DNA of 62,909 nucleotides, the filler included, from Aduncisulcus paluster (taxonomy: Eukaryota), in NCBI GenBank assembly GCA_024181965.1. It is 4 parts of 4 records of this genome, joined end to end, with 100 filler letters (N's around TTAATTAATTAA, not from the genome) between each part and the next. Parts side by side here need not be neighbours in the genome. Positions count along the whole stretch, not along the records: positions 18,838 to 37,974 come from BQXS01012730.1; positions 38,075 to 52,568 come from BQXS01012732.1; 2 more parts are not named here. One strand, 5' to 3'. Made by a program: the position numbers and the translations under genes. Below, one piece after another: positions 33,063 through 45,944 of this stretch (its first letter is position 1; each line of letters starts with the position of its first letter). The notes below the pieces were generated by a model. That model ran no database searches, was not told where the DNA came from, and saw nothing but the letters and a program-made list of their open reading frames with translations.

Positions 33063-36000
33063 ATGAGTGATTTCGATAGCTACAGCGATTCGTGGAGTTC
33101 TGATACTGATACAAGTGACGAGTCCACGATCGCCTGTGTTCACGATGAAAATCCAGCGGATTATTGTTATGGCGGATACCATCCCGTTTCTATTGGCGAT
33201 ATTTATACCAGTGATAAGTTTTCTTACAAAGTCAAAGGTAAGTTGGGTTTTGGTGCCTTTTCTACAGTTTGGAGATGTTCCTCACACCCATTACATCCTA
33301 TTAAATCAGATAAAACACCTATTATCAAAGATGTTGCTCTAAAAATTATTAAATCTTCATATCATTATCAAACACTTGAAGAAATCGATATTCTCGAAGA
33401 AATCTCTAGACTACTTCCATCTCATGAACATGTTATGGAATACATTGAGAGTTTTACAATAGAAGGTCCAAATGGCTGTCACGACGTCGTAGTTTTTGAA
33501 TTACTTGGTCATTCCCTTCTAACTATGATGAAACGCTTCAAAAATAACGGAATACCCCTTAAATATCTTCAATCTATTACGTATGATCTTCTTTTAGCCC
33601 TGAGAGATCTGCATTCTATTGGGCTTGCTCACACCGATTTAAAACCTGAAAATATTCAATTTATACACCCTCCTGCGAGTAGTTCGACGGGACAACCTTA
33701 TTCAGATGCTGTAATCAGTGTGGGTACCTTTGCTGCCGCGAAAGATCTAAGCTCTATGCGAGTTCAACCCAAGCACATTTGTGAGCTTAAAAGTATTGAA
33801 GGACTCTCGAGAAAGGATAAAATGAAAGCTCTTGAACTTGTTCTTGCTGAGTGTCGTGTTAAACAGCTCGGGGTTCGTGAAATCTTGGAGCTCTATGGTC
33901 ACCGTCGACATGTTTTGGAAGCTGTCCTTCCTCTCTGTTCTTGTGCCCAATCTGACCATAAGAATCACTTATCTGTCGTTAAAGGAGCTGAATTAAGAGA
34001 TGGAGAGTCCTCCTTGGTTGTCAACGACAGCTGTGAAGCTGAAGATGGTATCAGAGAAACTAAGAAGATATCCCCACTTCCTCCTTTGCCATTGGATTCT
34101 CCTTTTACTCCCTTATCTCCATCTCTCAATAGTACAATATCAAGCCGCTGTTCTCCTCTTTCGTCCTGTTTCTGTTCCTCTCACCTCTCTGAGGGATCTT
34201 CATTGGTTCCGAGTCAGCAGAAATGCTTACCAAAGAATCCAACCTCAGTATTTCAGTCCTCTAAGACTTGTGATAGTAATGGTTATCAGACAAATGGTCA
34301 TTATAACTGTCCACCAAGACTCAGTGCTGGAATTTTGGCTCACCATACCACACATGCTGGCAACATGGAACCTCTTCCGGCAACTGCAGCTCTTGTTATC
34401 GATGACTCTGTTGCCCATTTAACTCATCAATGTTCTCCAGCCCACCCTGCTTCCTTCCAATCTACTCCTCCCTTGCTTCCCCATACTCATCCTCACTTCC
34501 AGCAACAGCACCATGCCTGCTCCTCTCAGATGCATGAACATGGACTGATGCTCGTGGACACAATGACTAGTTGTTACCCCGATGAAGAGTATCATCACTG
34601 TGCTGCCGATACTTATGACGATGTCGATGACGATGACGATGTCGATGGCATTGAGTATGTTGATCGGAAAGATGAGGGTGATGACGGCACACTCCAGTTT
34701 GGAACACTTATTCCTCTTGCTCTGAGTGAGGGTGAATCCTACGGTATATCCAGCTCTGATGCCAGAAGGATATCGGTTGGATCTGTCAGCTTTTCAATGC
34801 CATCTTCCCCTACAAGTTCGTATCAGTTCAGGTCCCAACAACATCTCCAATCCTTGGGTATGGGACTATCCTTGGGTACAGGACTATCCACGCCCTCAAT
34901 TCTCAACCATTATGGCAGTGGCTCTTCTTTGCTTCAACAAAGTGAACCCTCTGTGTCATCTCTCCCTTCAAGTTCCTTGGGGTACATTACAGCTCCTGGA
35001 AATACCACACCCTTGTCATTCTCGAGTAGTTCATTGCATTTGAAAATACAACCTCTCCTTATCTCATCTAAAGCTGGTATGGACACACCGACCATCGAGG
35101 AGGAGACGGATACTGTATTGTGTGATGGCGAGGAAGATGAAAGACAAATAATCATGCCCTATACTCCTCCAGAGCTCCAAGAACAAGGAGATCTACAAAG
35201 AAATGAACATGAACAACAAAGCTGTGTGCAGATAGACGAAGACGAAAAGACAGATAGCTTCAGTGAAGCCATAAGAGCCGTGGGAGAGGAAGAAGAAGAG
35301 GAAGTAACGGAGAAGATGCTTGGTGAAGGCTCAACAAATGATGATGATGATTGTGACGTGTGTGGAATGTGCCATAGATCTCCCTGTGAAATGCCATTAC
35401 AGTCCCAAGAGAGTATGCAAAGATCAGCCGAGTTCTTGGAAAGGATGAGAGAAGAAGAAGATAATCTGATAGAAGGAATGGGAAGCCATAACTCAAATAT
35501 GGTTGTTAATAGGAACAATGAAGGTGGAAGTGCCGTTGAGTATTGCTGTCCAATGAGATCTAGTATTGATTCCGTTTCTTGTTCATGTCCTTCTTCCATT
35601 TTCTCACTTCTAAATTTAGATGATGGCGAAGAAGAAGAGGAGGGAAATATTCCAGATTCCAAACGTGAATCCTTATTGAAAATGACCGATAGTGTCCATT
35701 CTGATCATCATTTTCATTCCTCCCAATCTTCATCTTTTTGTCCTCATTGTTTTCTCCCCTTATTCCGCGAGGATGACAATGGAATGCCAATATCCAATCC
35801 CTATACCACAAATAATAAGACATCTTCTCAATACCTCCACCAAGAAGAACCTGGGATCCTTCAAGAAGTTATTGGTAAAGATAAGACAATGACAAGTCAG
35901 CCTACAACACCTCCCCTTTACATCTGTCCCTCTCTTTCTTCTTCTCCACCTTCTGCTTGTCATGATAACAAACTCTCTGAGAAGAATGAAGGAAAGGGAA

Positions 36001-37513
36001 AAGGATATCAAAACACTCTCGACTTCGAAGGAGGAATAGGACAGTACATTGAGCATGAGGAAGTTCATGCATCTGCTTCTTCAGTCATTCACCAATTATT
36101 CGCTCTCAAACTGATTGATTTGGGAGGCAGTTATTTCGTATGTAATGAGAATGAAAGGGTAGAGGCTTCGATAGACTTGAAGAGAATTTGTGAGGAAGAG
36201 AAAGAAAGAGATAGTCGTCTCCAGTCAGATAGATCAGAATCCTTGGATGTCTCTTGTAGAAAGAAGAAGAAAGAAAGTACCACCACTCTTGAGTCTGACA
36301 AACCTTTCTCTCGCTTCATTTCTCACCGTCCCCACACTCATGTTGTCCAAACAAGACAATACAGGGCTCCTGAAGTGCTTTGTGGAGCGAAATGGGGTGT
36401 AGAAGTCGATGTGTGGAGCCTCGGATGTCTTTTATATGAGTGTGCTGTCGGATGTTTCCTCTTCAATCCACCCGGAAAGAGTACTGAAAGGGGAAAGGCG
36501 GCTCAACGAACTCAATCGTCTTCCAATTTCTCTTCAGATGATGCTTTCAATGACTTTTCAATGGATTCTGATCTATTTTCGGTCAATTATGAAACTGATT
36601 TTTCAAAAACTAAAATAGGAATTGAGAAAGAAGAACACCTAGAAAAGGAAGACGTTTCTGAAGAGGAAGAACTTCTCGATGATGAGGATGAGGATGAATG
36701 TGATGCAATTCCATGTATCCTTGGACATGATATTCNNNNNNNNNNNNNNNNNNNNTATATGAGTGTGCTGTCGGATGTTTCCTCTTCAATCCACCCGGAA
36801 AGAGTACTGAAAGGGGAAAGGCGGCTCAACGAACTCAATCGTCTTCCAATTTCTCTTCAGATGATGCTTTCAATGACTTTTCAATGGATTCTGATCTATT
36901 TTCGGTCAATTATGAAACTGATTTTTCAAAAACTAAAATAGGAATTGAGAAAGAAGAACACCTAGAAAAGGAAGACGTTTCTGAAGAGGAAGAACTTCTC
37001 GATGATGAGGATGAGGATGAATGTGATGCAATTCCATGTATCCTTGGACATGATATTCCTCGTGGTGATACTGGTGGTGGTGCGTGTTATTTGGATGATG
37101 GAATTAACAGGAAAGAGTATAGTACAGTACAGTATAAAGAAGATCGATGTGGCAAGGAGACGCATGGTGATGTTATCAATCCTTTTGATGTGAGTGGCTG
37201 TGGTAGTACTAATTCGTCTGTCCTGCACCATGCGACACCTCTTCCTGGTTCTCCTGGAATCAAGGATTCATTGTCAATCTTTCGGAAAAGAGGAACTATA
37301 CGTAAGTTCAATCCAAAGAATACTCCTATTTCTCCTCAATTTATGCCAATATCTCCCAGCTATTCGGCTCAGAATCTTCCCTCTTTGGCTTCCTCCTCTT
37401 CTTCCTCTTCTTCATCCTCCTCTCCTACTCTCTCTTCTCTCTCGCACTCTCCTGTCTTACTATCATCTACTGTCCATCCCTCTATTCTTCCCTGCTTAAC
37501 TTCCTCTTCTTCT

Positions 37514-37548
<35 letters not shown>

Positions 37549-37974
37549 ATCATCCCCATCTCTTGCTATTTCCACACATTCTGTTCTGATCAACGCAAGG
37601 AACAGATATACTTGTGGCGATTCAGCTCGTGAAGCCAGATCTCCAAATGACATTGATGCTCTTGATTGTGGGACATCTCCGTCTCAGTCTGCTGCTCAAA
37701 TGCACTCTCCTTCAACACCTCCCATAGTCAACCCAGCTTCTTCTTCTTCTTCTTCTTCTTCCTCTTTGTCTTCAAGTTCTTCATCATCTTCCTGCTCGTC
37801 GATGCTGTATTCTACTTTCTATGCTTCTGATCGTGACAATTTCCATGTTGGAGATGTTACTTCAACTTCAAGCACAGACATGTCAAGTAGAGCTTATAGA
37901 GATTACAAGAACTATCGTGCACTCAACTCTAGTCGAAATTCAGTCACCATGTCCAATGAAGATGAAATTGATGG
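33063..37974 (+). CDS. SRPK: SR-protein kinase (SRPK, CMGC) with very long inserts; 3'-truncated
   Basis: ENPADYCYGGYHPV, KLGFGAFSTVW, VALKIIKS, HTDLKPEN, KLIDLG, QTRQYRAPEV and DVWSLGC. The apparent frame break at 36736-36755 is a gap with a duplicated overlap. Confidence 0.88.
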
Positions 37975-38074
37975 NNNNNNNNNNNNNNNNNNNNNNNNNN
38001 NNNNNNNNNNNNNNNNNNTTAATTAATTAANNNNNNNNNNNNNNNNNNNNNNNNNNNNNNNNNNNNNNNNNNNN
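37975..38074. other. Artificial contig linker
   Basis: N44-TTAATTAATTAA-N44. Confidence 0.97.
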
Positions 38075-38204
38075 ATGGTTCTTGGTCGTATGCGTGATGT
38101 TGCTGCCGATTACCTTGGAAAGAAGGTTGAAAAGGCTGTTGTTACTGTTCCCGCTTACTTCAACGATTCTCAGCGTCAAGCTACCAAGGATGCTGGAACT
38201 ATCT

Positions 38205-38238
<34 letters not shown>

Positions 38239-39736
38239 CACTGCTGCCGCTATTGCTTACGGTCTCGACAAGAAGACTGAAGGTGAGAAGAATATCCTTA
38301 TTTTCGATCTCGGAGGTGGTACCTTTGATGTTTCCCTTCTTACTATCGATGATGGTGTCTTTGAGGTTAAGGCTACTGCCGGTGATACTCATCTTGGAGG
38401 AGAAGATTTTGACAGTCGTCTTGTGAACCACTTCGTTCAAGAGTTCCAACGTAAATACAGAAAGGATATCAGCACCAGCCCTCGTGCTCTCCGTCGTCTT
38501 CGTACTGCTTGTGAGCGTGCCAAGCGTAACCTTTCCTCCACTGTTAAGACCAGGATCGAGATTGATTCCCTCCATGAGGGTATCGATTTCTTCACTGCCC
38601 TTACCCGTGCTCGTTTTGAAGAACTCAACATGGACTTGTTCCGTAAATGTCTCCAACCCGTTGAACGTGTTATCCGTGATTCTGGTATCGACAAGGCTTC
38701 TGTTCATGAGGTTGTTCTTGTTGGTGGTTCCACTCGTATCCCCAAGGTTCAACAACTCCTTAAGGATTTCTTCGGTGGTAAGGAGCTCTGCCGTTCCATC
38801 AACCCTGATGAGGCTGTTGCCCATGGTGCTGCTGTCCAAGCTGCTGTCTTGACTGGTTCTGAGTCTGAAAAGGTTCAAGATCTTCTTCTTCTTGATGTTG
38901 CTCCTCTTTCCCTTGGTATTGAGACTGCCGGTGGTCAGATGGCTCGTATCATTGAGCGTAACTCCACCATCCCTTGCCGTAAGAGTGAGATGTTCTCTAC
39001 TTACGCCGATAACCAGCCTGGAGTTCTTATCCAAGTTTACGAGGGTGAGCGTGCCATGACCAAAGATAACAACAAGCTCGGAGATTTCAACCTTTCTGGA
39101 ATCCCTCCTGCTCCTCGTGGTGTCCCCAAGATTGAGGTTACTTTCAACATGGATGCCAACGGTATCTTGACTGTTACTGCCAAGGACACTGGAACTGGTA
39201 AGGAGAACTCTATCACCATCAAGCAATCTAAGGGTCGTCTCTCTGACGATGAGATCAAGAGGATGGTTGAAGAGGCCGAGAAGTTCAAGGCTGAGGATGA
39301 GGCTATCAAGGCCAAGGTCAACGCCAAGAACTCCCTTGAGTCCACTGTTTACGGTCTCCGTAACACTATGTCTGAAGCTGGTGACAAGATCTCTGAAGAA
39401 GACAAGAAAACTGTTAACGATCTCGTTGAGGAGTACAGCAAATGGCTTGAGGAGAACATGGATTCTACCAAAGAGGAATACGAGGCTAAGTTGAAAGAAT
39501 TCCAAGAGAAGAGTCAACCTATTGTCATGAAGATGTACCAACAAGGTGCTGCCGGTCAAGGTGGTATGCCTGGAGGTATGCCCGGAGGAATGCCTGGAGG
39601 TATGCCCGGAGGTATGCCCGGAGGAATGCCCGGAGGCTTCCCTGGAGGAATGCCCGGAGGTATGGGCGGAATGCCCGGAGGTATGGGCGGAGCTGGTGCC
39701 TCCACCCAAGGCCCTGACATCGAGGAACTTGATTAA
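38075..39736 (+). CDS. HSP70: Cytosolic Hsp70, 5'-truncated
   Basis: [52 protein letters not shown] repeats and C-terminal GPDIEELD. Strong codon bias. Confidence 0.98.
39561..39691 (+). repeat. 12-bp tandem repeat encoding (GGMP)n in Hsp70
   Basis: About ten GGWGGWATGCCY-like units are visible. Confidence 0.9.
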
Positions 39737-40134
39737 GAATCTCTTTATCTTTCTTTATTTTCACCATCCACTTTACCACATTTCTCAACTGTTCAATCTT
39801 TTTAACTTTTCAATCGTTTATTAAATAAATTGTGTTTTTGATCCATGAAGTTGAACGACATATAATCCTTGAGGAGTGCCAGAGTCGCTTTTTATGATTT
39901 CGTTAGTTTTTGGTTCTCCTTTTGGTGTCATTGGAAAGCAATCCTATTATTATATTGTACTTTTTGCTCATCAGATCTAATATAGTGCTTATAATATCTT
40001 TGTTGTATGTTCAATTATTCTATTCTATTGTTCTGTGAGCGTTTGTTTGGTTTTGCTCTTTTGAAGCTTACTGGTGTTGGTTGATTATTTATATTTTTTT
40101 TTATTTTGTAATATTAAAAAGTCGTAGATAGTTA

Positions 40135-41253
40135 ATGAGTTTGTCTAGACTGCAGAAAACCTTGAAACCAGGATTTTTTCATTATGAATATTGGGCGGCT
40201 TTATCCATCATAATTGTTAAACCAGAACGTCTCTTTGAAGGATATTACTTCTGTTCTCCTATTCCTCGAGATGCCCCCAATATAAAGAAAGTGGATTTTT
40301 CAACTATCCATGCGAGAAATGAATACTTGAAACACCGTTATGTGTGTGATCAAAGTTTTAGTGCACGAAATCTGTTGAGAGGAGATTGTGCTTCTGTCAG
40401 TTTAACCCATATCTCCTTGTCTTTTTCTTCCTCTTCTCGCATGAAAGGTGCCTATATCTGTTTACTAAACAATTGTGTATCATCTCCACATCATCTTGTC
40501 TTCACTATTTTTTCTTCAAAGAGCGAGAGAATATCCAAGAAGTACATATTTCCTGAACTTGAAGGATATCATTGGTATTTCCTTCCTGTTGATCTCCCTG
40601 ATGTTGTTATGTGCGAGATTACAGGGAAAGGAAGAGAGAGAGAGTATTTTGAAATCCAAACCCTCTTTTTCATTCAAGAAGAAACTCTTGAAGAAACTTT
40701 AGCTCGGGAAACCAAGGAGAAATTATGGTCTGGAACTCCATCTGTGAAAGCTGAGTTTGTGAAGGAAGGATGTAGAAAATCTATTCCTCATGATGCAAAC
40801 CTTATAATTCCTTCATTATCAAATGTTAAATGCAAGGATGATTCGAAGAGTAAGGAATCTGAGTGGTATGATCAGAGTTCAGAGGCACAAAGAATGTTAA
40901 CAGGAAAAGATTCTGTGAGATTATCCCACCTTTTCATCCCTTTCTCATCACCCAGTTATCTGAAAGGTGCTTATATCTGCGTTAACCGTTATAGTTCACC
41001 CTCTTTTCTCTTCACTTTCACTGATTGTGATGGTAAGAAGACAGCCAAGAAGTATGAATTCACAAGACCTGAACATGAATATGAATGGCACTTCCTTCCT
41101 ATTGATTTGGATAATATTGTATCGTGTGAGATTGAAGGGAAAGGAAGGTGGGATGAGAAGAATAGTCGATGGTTTGGCATTTGCTCCCTTGTTTTTACAA
41201 TGCCAGAGGAAAGTGAAATTATTGAACGATTATCTCTTCTTCCATGGAAATGA
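40135..41253 (+). CDS. Lineage-specific protein with two tandem ~170-aa beta-rich modules
   Basis: Internal duplication: LTHISLSFSSSSRMKGAYIC...WYFLPVDLPDVVMCEITGKG versus LSHLFIPFSSPSYLKGAYIC...WHFLPIDLDNIVSCEIEGKG. Confidence 0.8.
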   Translation: MSLSRLQKTLKPGFFHYEYWAALSIIIVKPERLFEGYYFCSPIPRDAPNIKKVDFSTIHARNEYLKHRYVCDQSFSARNLLRGDCASVSLTHISLSFSSSSRMKGAYICLLNNCVSSPHHLVFTIFSSKSERISKKYIFPELEGYHWYFLPVDLPDVVMCEITGKGREREYFEIQTLFFIQEETLEETLARETKEKLWSGTPSVKAEFVKEGCRKSIPHDANLIIPSLSNVKCKDDSKSKESEWYDQSSEAQRMLTGKDSVRLSHLFIPFSSPSYLKGAYICVNRYSSPSFLFTFTDCDGKKTAKKYEFTRPEHEYEWHFLPIDLDNIVSCEIEGKGRWDEKNSRWFGICSLVFTMPEESEIIERLSLLPWK

Positions 41254-41555
41254 TCCAAGGATAATGATATCATAATTGATGATTCAGTAATATCATTGAT
41301 ATTGAGTCAATGATAGTATTTATTAAATACTATTTTTATTCACTTGCGTCTGTCTTCCAAGAAATTTTCGTTTGATAGATGGCTGATATGAATCACACAT
41401 CATAATGATAGATGGAGATTTTGAGAATAAAAGTTAGTAGCTCTAACTTTCGTCCCAAAATTTGGAGTCCAAATTGTTCAAGTTGTCGAATCATAGATTT
41501 TATTTTATTATTTATAATTCTCTAACAAAAAGGGCAAACTTTAAATTAAGAAACA

Positions 41556-42773
41556 TCACATGTCCAAAGATTTGCACATTTTCAGATACCGAACAGCTCT
41601 TTTGACTTCAGCCTTCATAATGGGAGAAACTTTTGTCTTATCCATCTTTTTGTACTGATCAATGACTGCAACTGCTTGTTGGGCGACTCTCATAACACCC
41701 ATTCCTTTGCTGGAAGCCATATACCTGAAAGAAATATCAGAGAGAACATGAGGCACCATATCGGGTTTAAGGAGGTTCTTTTCAATCCAAACATCACGAA
41801 TCTTCTTAAATTTCCATGGAAACTTATCACGACGGTTCCAAGCGATGAGATATGAGGCTGTTTGTTTGAGAGGAGATTCGTCATCCCAACTCTCTTGTTC
41901 AGCAAGAATTTTCTTGACTTCCTCGCTTTGATTCTCTTCTTCTTCTTTTTCAGCTTGTTGTTGTTCCTCTTCAATCGTTGAAGGGGGTCTGGCTTGAGTA
42001 AAAACAGAATCGGGAACTGATTCTTCCTTTTCAAATGATTCTTCTTCCTCCTCCTTAATAATTGCCTTCTCCTCGTGGTGTTTCTTGTGTTTCTTTTCCT
42101 TCTTCTCTTTCTTTTCCTTTTTATCTTTCTTTTCTTTCTTCTCCTTCTTATCTTTATGTTTATGCTCCTTCGATTTCTTGTCCTTCACATCCCCGCTTTT
42201 ATCCTTCTTTTCTTTCTTTTTCTTTTTATCTTTCTTTTCAGCATGTTTATCATCAACCTCCTCAGGAGAGATTACATCTTTACGATCTTTTTTCTCCTTC
42301 TTATGTTTCTTNNNNNNNNNNNNNNNNNNNNCCTCTTCAATCGTTGAAGGGGGTCTGGCTTGAGTAAAAACAGAATCGGGAACTGATTCTTCCTTTTCAA
42401 ATGATTCTTCTTCCTCCTCCTTAATAATTGCCTTCTCCTCGTGGTGTTTCTTGTGTTTCTTTTCCTTCTTCTCTTTCTTTTCCTTTTTATCTTTCTTTTC
42501 TTTCTTCTCCTTCTTATCTTTATTTTTATGCTCCTTCGATTTCTTGTCCTTCACATCCCCGCTTTTATCCTTCTTTTCTTTCTTTTTCTTTTTATCTTTC
42601 TTTTCAGCATGTTTATCATCAACCTCCTCAGGAGAGATTACATCTTTACGATCTTTTTTCTCCTTCTTATGTTTCTTCTCCTTTTTCACTTTCTTTTCAA
42701 GAGTAGAATCATTTTTCTCGTCAAAAATTGTATCTTCTTCCTTTTTATGAGATTTTTTATGCCTTTTACCCAT
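41556..42773 (-). CDS. Lys-rich protein with C-terminal WKF domain (DUF2373/C7orf50-like)
   Basis: ATG at 42773. KKE repeats, then SYLIAWNRRDKFPWKFKKIRDVWIEKNL...YMASSKG. The length is inflated by a duplicated overlap at gap 42312-42331. Confidence 0.8.
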   Translation of the reverse strand: MGKRHKKSHKKEEDTIFDEKNDSTLEKKVKKEKKHKKEKKDRKDVISPEEVDDKHAEKKDKKKKKEKKDKSGDVKDKKSKEHKNKDKKEKKEKKDKKEKKEKKEKKHKKHHEEKAIIKEEEEESFEKEESVPDSVFTQARPPSTIEEXXXXXXXKKHKKEKKDRKDVISPEEVDDKHAEKKDKKKKKEKKDKSGDVKDKKSKEHKHKDKKEKKEKKDKKEKKEKKEKKHKKHHEEKAIIKEEEEESFEKEESVPDSVFTQARPPSTIEEEQQQAEKEEEENQSEEVKKILAEQESWDDESPLKQTASYLIAWNRRDKFPWKFKKIRDVWIEKNLLKPDMVPHVLSDISFRYMASSKGMGVMRVAQQAVAVIDQYKKMDKTKVSPIMKAEVKRAVRYLKMCKSLDM

Positions 42774-43096
42774 CGTAATTCCCTCCAAAACTTGATTGGC
42801 GTGGTAATCCAAAATCAAAGTAGAAGGTACAAAATTGTTTAAATAATTGCATTACCACAACAGTTTAATAAATATTTTATTCTTTTAATTCCATCAATCA
42901 TCGACAGAACAGCCAATAATCAAAAGTAAGCATCTTCTATCAAAATTTCTTATACACTCAAATAATTCCAATTCTAACCATCAATATAAGTTAAAATGAT
43001 ACTCTAAAATCTTCGCAGAGAAGAAGAGAAATCACAATGAACAACGACACCAAAATGTGACCTTTTGCCTCAGTACCCACTACTTCCATCCTTATT

Positions 43097-45392
43097 ATGC
43101 AACATTTAGATATTCCTGAAGCTTTGACTTTGGAGCCTGATGCTCCTGCTGAAGAAGAACATTTTTATTCACTCCCTTCCACCTTCTTCGCTACAGCTTC
43201 TCTCCCGTCTGTTATTCCTAAAGTTCACGAAGATGGAAGTCGCGGTGGAACTGTTATGTTTATTCAAGAAGTTTTTGACGTTACAAAGAGAATCTGGTAC
43301 AGATTTAACAGAGATCATGCTCAGAAGGCTGATTTTTACTACAAGAACTTAAAGGGCAAAAAATCAGAATTTCTTCCGTTAATTTTATGGAATGATGTTA
43401 GACGTTTGAGAGAAAAGATTTCTGAGACAAAGAAAGATAGCTTGGAGGCCCCTTCATCCCTTTCCTCCCACGAGCGTCGTACAGCCCCTGTAACTCCAGA
43501 TCATAAGTTTTTCTCCCCAACAGGTGCTCCAAGACTCTCTAAAAATAGGATTGGTGGTTCTGCTACACATAGATTGGCCCTCGGAAGCAGTTCTACATTC
43601 TCTTCCCTTCGCCAACGCCGCGCCCTCGGCCCCAGTGAGCACATTGCTAAATTCAATGAACATCGAGTTCTCGTCGAGCGTTTGTACGATTGTTTGCATT
43701 TTATCCAAGATTGCATTGATTCTCTGATGGCTACGCCAAAGCAGCTTCAAGACTCCTCTGTCATTCCGTGGGAGACTCTTCTCCTTCAGTTGAGGGAGTT
43801 AGGAATCTCAAATGATCTCAAAACGGCCATATCTCTTTTCCTCACCTCAGATCCAACAACAGGATCAGTTCCTCTGGCATCTATGCTCTCTTGTGATAAA
43901 GGGTGGAGATTGCTCTTAAATGTATTTTCAATCTTCCCAAAGACGTCTCTTCTGCCATTCGTCAAACACATTACCTGCCACATGCGTCTTCTTGTTGATT
44001 GTACCTTCAGATATACCCAGCCACAAATGTTCTTCACATTGAAGCATTTCGATGAGCACACAACAGTTGGTGGCAAAAAATATAAGGAGAGATGGGGTTC
44101 GTTGAAGTCTCTCCTTGATAACAGTCGTGATATTAAGAATTCTGTCTGTATGCTCGTGAATAGGTCACTTCGGGATTTACAGAGCGAGGAGGCCTTCCAG
44201 AGAGAGATGCACAGTCGTATTGCAGGCTCAGACTCTTCTTCTTCCAACCCTGTCTACATTCCCGATGTCATGAGATCGGGAGCTGATGGAAAGAGTGTGC
44301 TTGAGAAAGTATGGGATAACATCAATGATATTGTCAGTAGACTTGACGGCGATACTGCTTATCAATACGTTGTATTCATGATGGATACATGGACTCAGTA
44401 TGATTTTCTCACTATCTTGAGTAACTATCATTCCGCCAATGTTTTTTGTTCTATTGTGGCCAAAGTATGTGATAAATGGAATGATTTGAACAAGAAATAT
44501 ATGATATTCCAGCAAATGAGTGCTACTATCATGCCTCAGATGCAGCAATTGGCTTGGATGGAGCAACAGTTGGCCTATATGGATTCCCATGGTCTCTCCG
44601 TTCCAATGCCAGGCGCCCAACCAGTGCCAGTGAGTGACACCGATAAGGCTAAATATAGAGAGACATTCCAGCAACNNNNNNNNNNNNNNNNNNNNTTCTA
44701 TTGTGGCCAAAGTATGTGATAAATGGAATGATTTGAACAAGAAATATATGATATTCCAGCAAATGAGTGCTACTATCATGCCTCAGATGCAGCAATTGGC
44801 TTGGATGGAGCAACAGTTGGCCTATATGGATTCCCATGGTCTCTCCGTTCCAATGCCAGGCGCCCAACCAGTGCCAGTGAGTGACACCGATAAGGCTAAA
44901 TATAGAGAGACATTCCAGCAACATCAGAAACAGCACATGGAGCTTCGAACGATGATCGAAGCCGAGAAAGCATTCTTCTCGAAGGAAGAAAATGATCTCC
45001 CTAAGATTTCATCAGATCTTCAGATTCTTGTCAATCAGCTCCTCTATGTCATTGATTTTGCCGTTCTCTTCTCCAAGGTTGGTGTTGTTTCGACGGGTAC
45101 AAGCGATCTTGGCTTGCCCACTCCCCATTATATCATCCAGCTTCTCACGAGTATCATTTCCACAATTCCATTCCTAGGCACATCCCTTCATCAAATGATC
45201 AAGCTGTCATCCGTTGATGGTACTTGCTTCCTCACCGACCCTGAAATGAAAGCTCACGAGGATACAATGGACTTCTTGAAGGAACTACAAAGAATTGTCA
45301 CTGAACAATCCAAAGCCCAGGCTCAAGCCCAGGCACTAGCACGTTCGCAAGGTCAAGCTCCAAGCGGCATCCCACCTCAAGGACATCCTTGA
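43097..45392 (+). CDS. Hypothetical protein, possibly PAT1-like (mRNA decapping activator)
   Basis: One gene split by the gap duplication at 44676-44695. ADFYY, LVERLYDCLHFIQD and MLSCDKGWRLLLNVFSIF recall Pat1 mid and C-terminal blocks (from memory). Confidence 0.5.
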
Positions 45393-45944
45393 GAGCCTTT
45401 CCAACAGAACAGTCTGTTCTGAGAATAGAATAACAGCCAATCACCACCAAATATATTCTTATTTATTTCATAAAAACATTATGCTGCAACAGATTTTCAG
45501 ATAGTAAACCCTCTATATGCCATATTCCAGGCTTTAGATCTACAATAATCACACAATGACATCAACCCCCAGTGAGTCTCCGAGACTCAGTCTCGAAGGT
45601 TTAGATTCCAGCATGTAAATCCTCTTTTTCATGGGGATTTTCCTTTCGACAACCATCCTTGCATCTAACGATTTCAGTCAATCAATAACAAATATCTACT
45701 CACAAAACCTTTCTCCAGTGGTTATCCATAGTGTTCCCCAAGTAAGGGCTACTATACTATACTATACTAAGAATCCAGACGTGGATCTGGAATAATCCAT
45801 TCTTTTTCATCCAAGTCAATAGGACGGTTGGACATTGAACCTAGCTATCCGGTTATGAGAGTCATGGCAGACGATCGATCTTTAATTGACTCATCCCTCC
45901 CTTATACTAAGCTGCACTATGGTCTACTGGGATGTATGACGAAT

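Noticed and set aside
38027..39709. 560-aa antisense ORF opposite Hsp70
   Set aside because: A well-known shadow ORF caused by Hsp70 codon bias. It has no independent support.
42062..42842. Phe/Leu/Ser-rich + strand ORFs that look like membrane proteins
   Set aside because: Antisense reading of the Lys/Glu repeat in the WKF gene.
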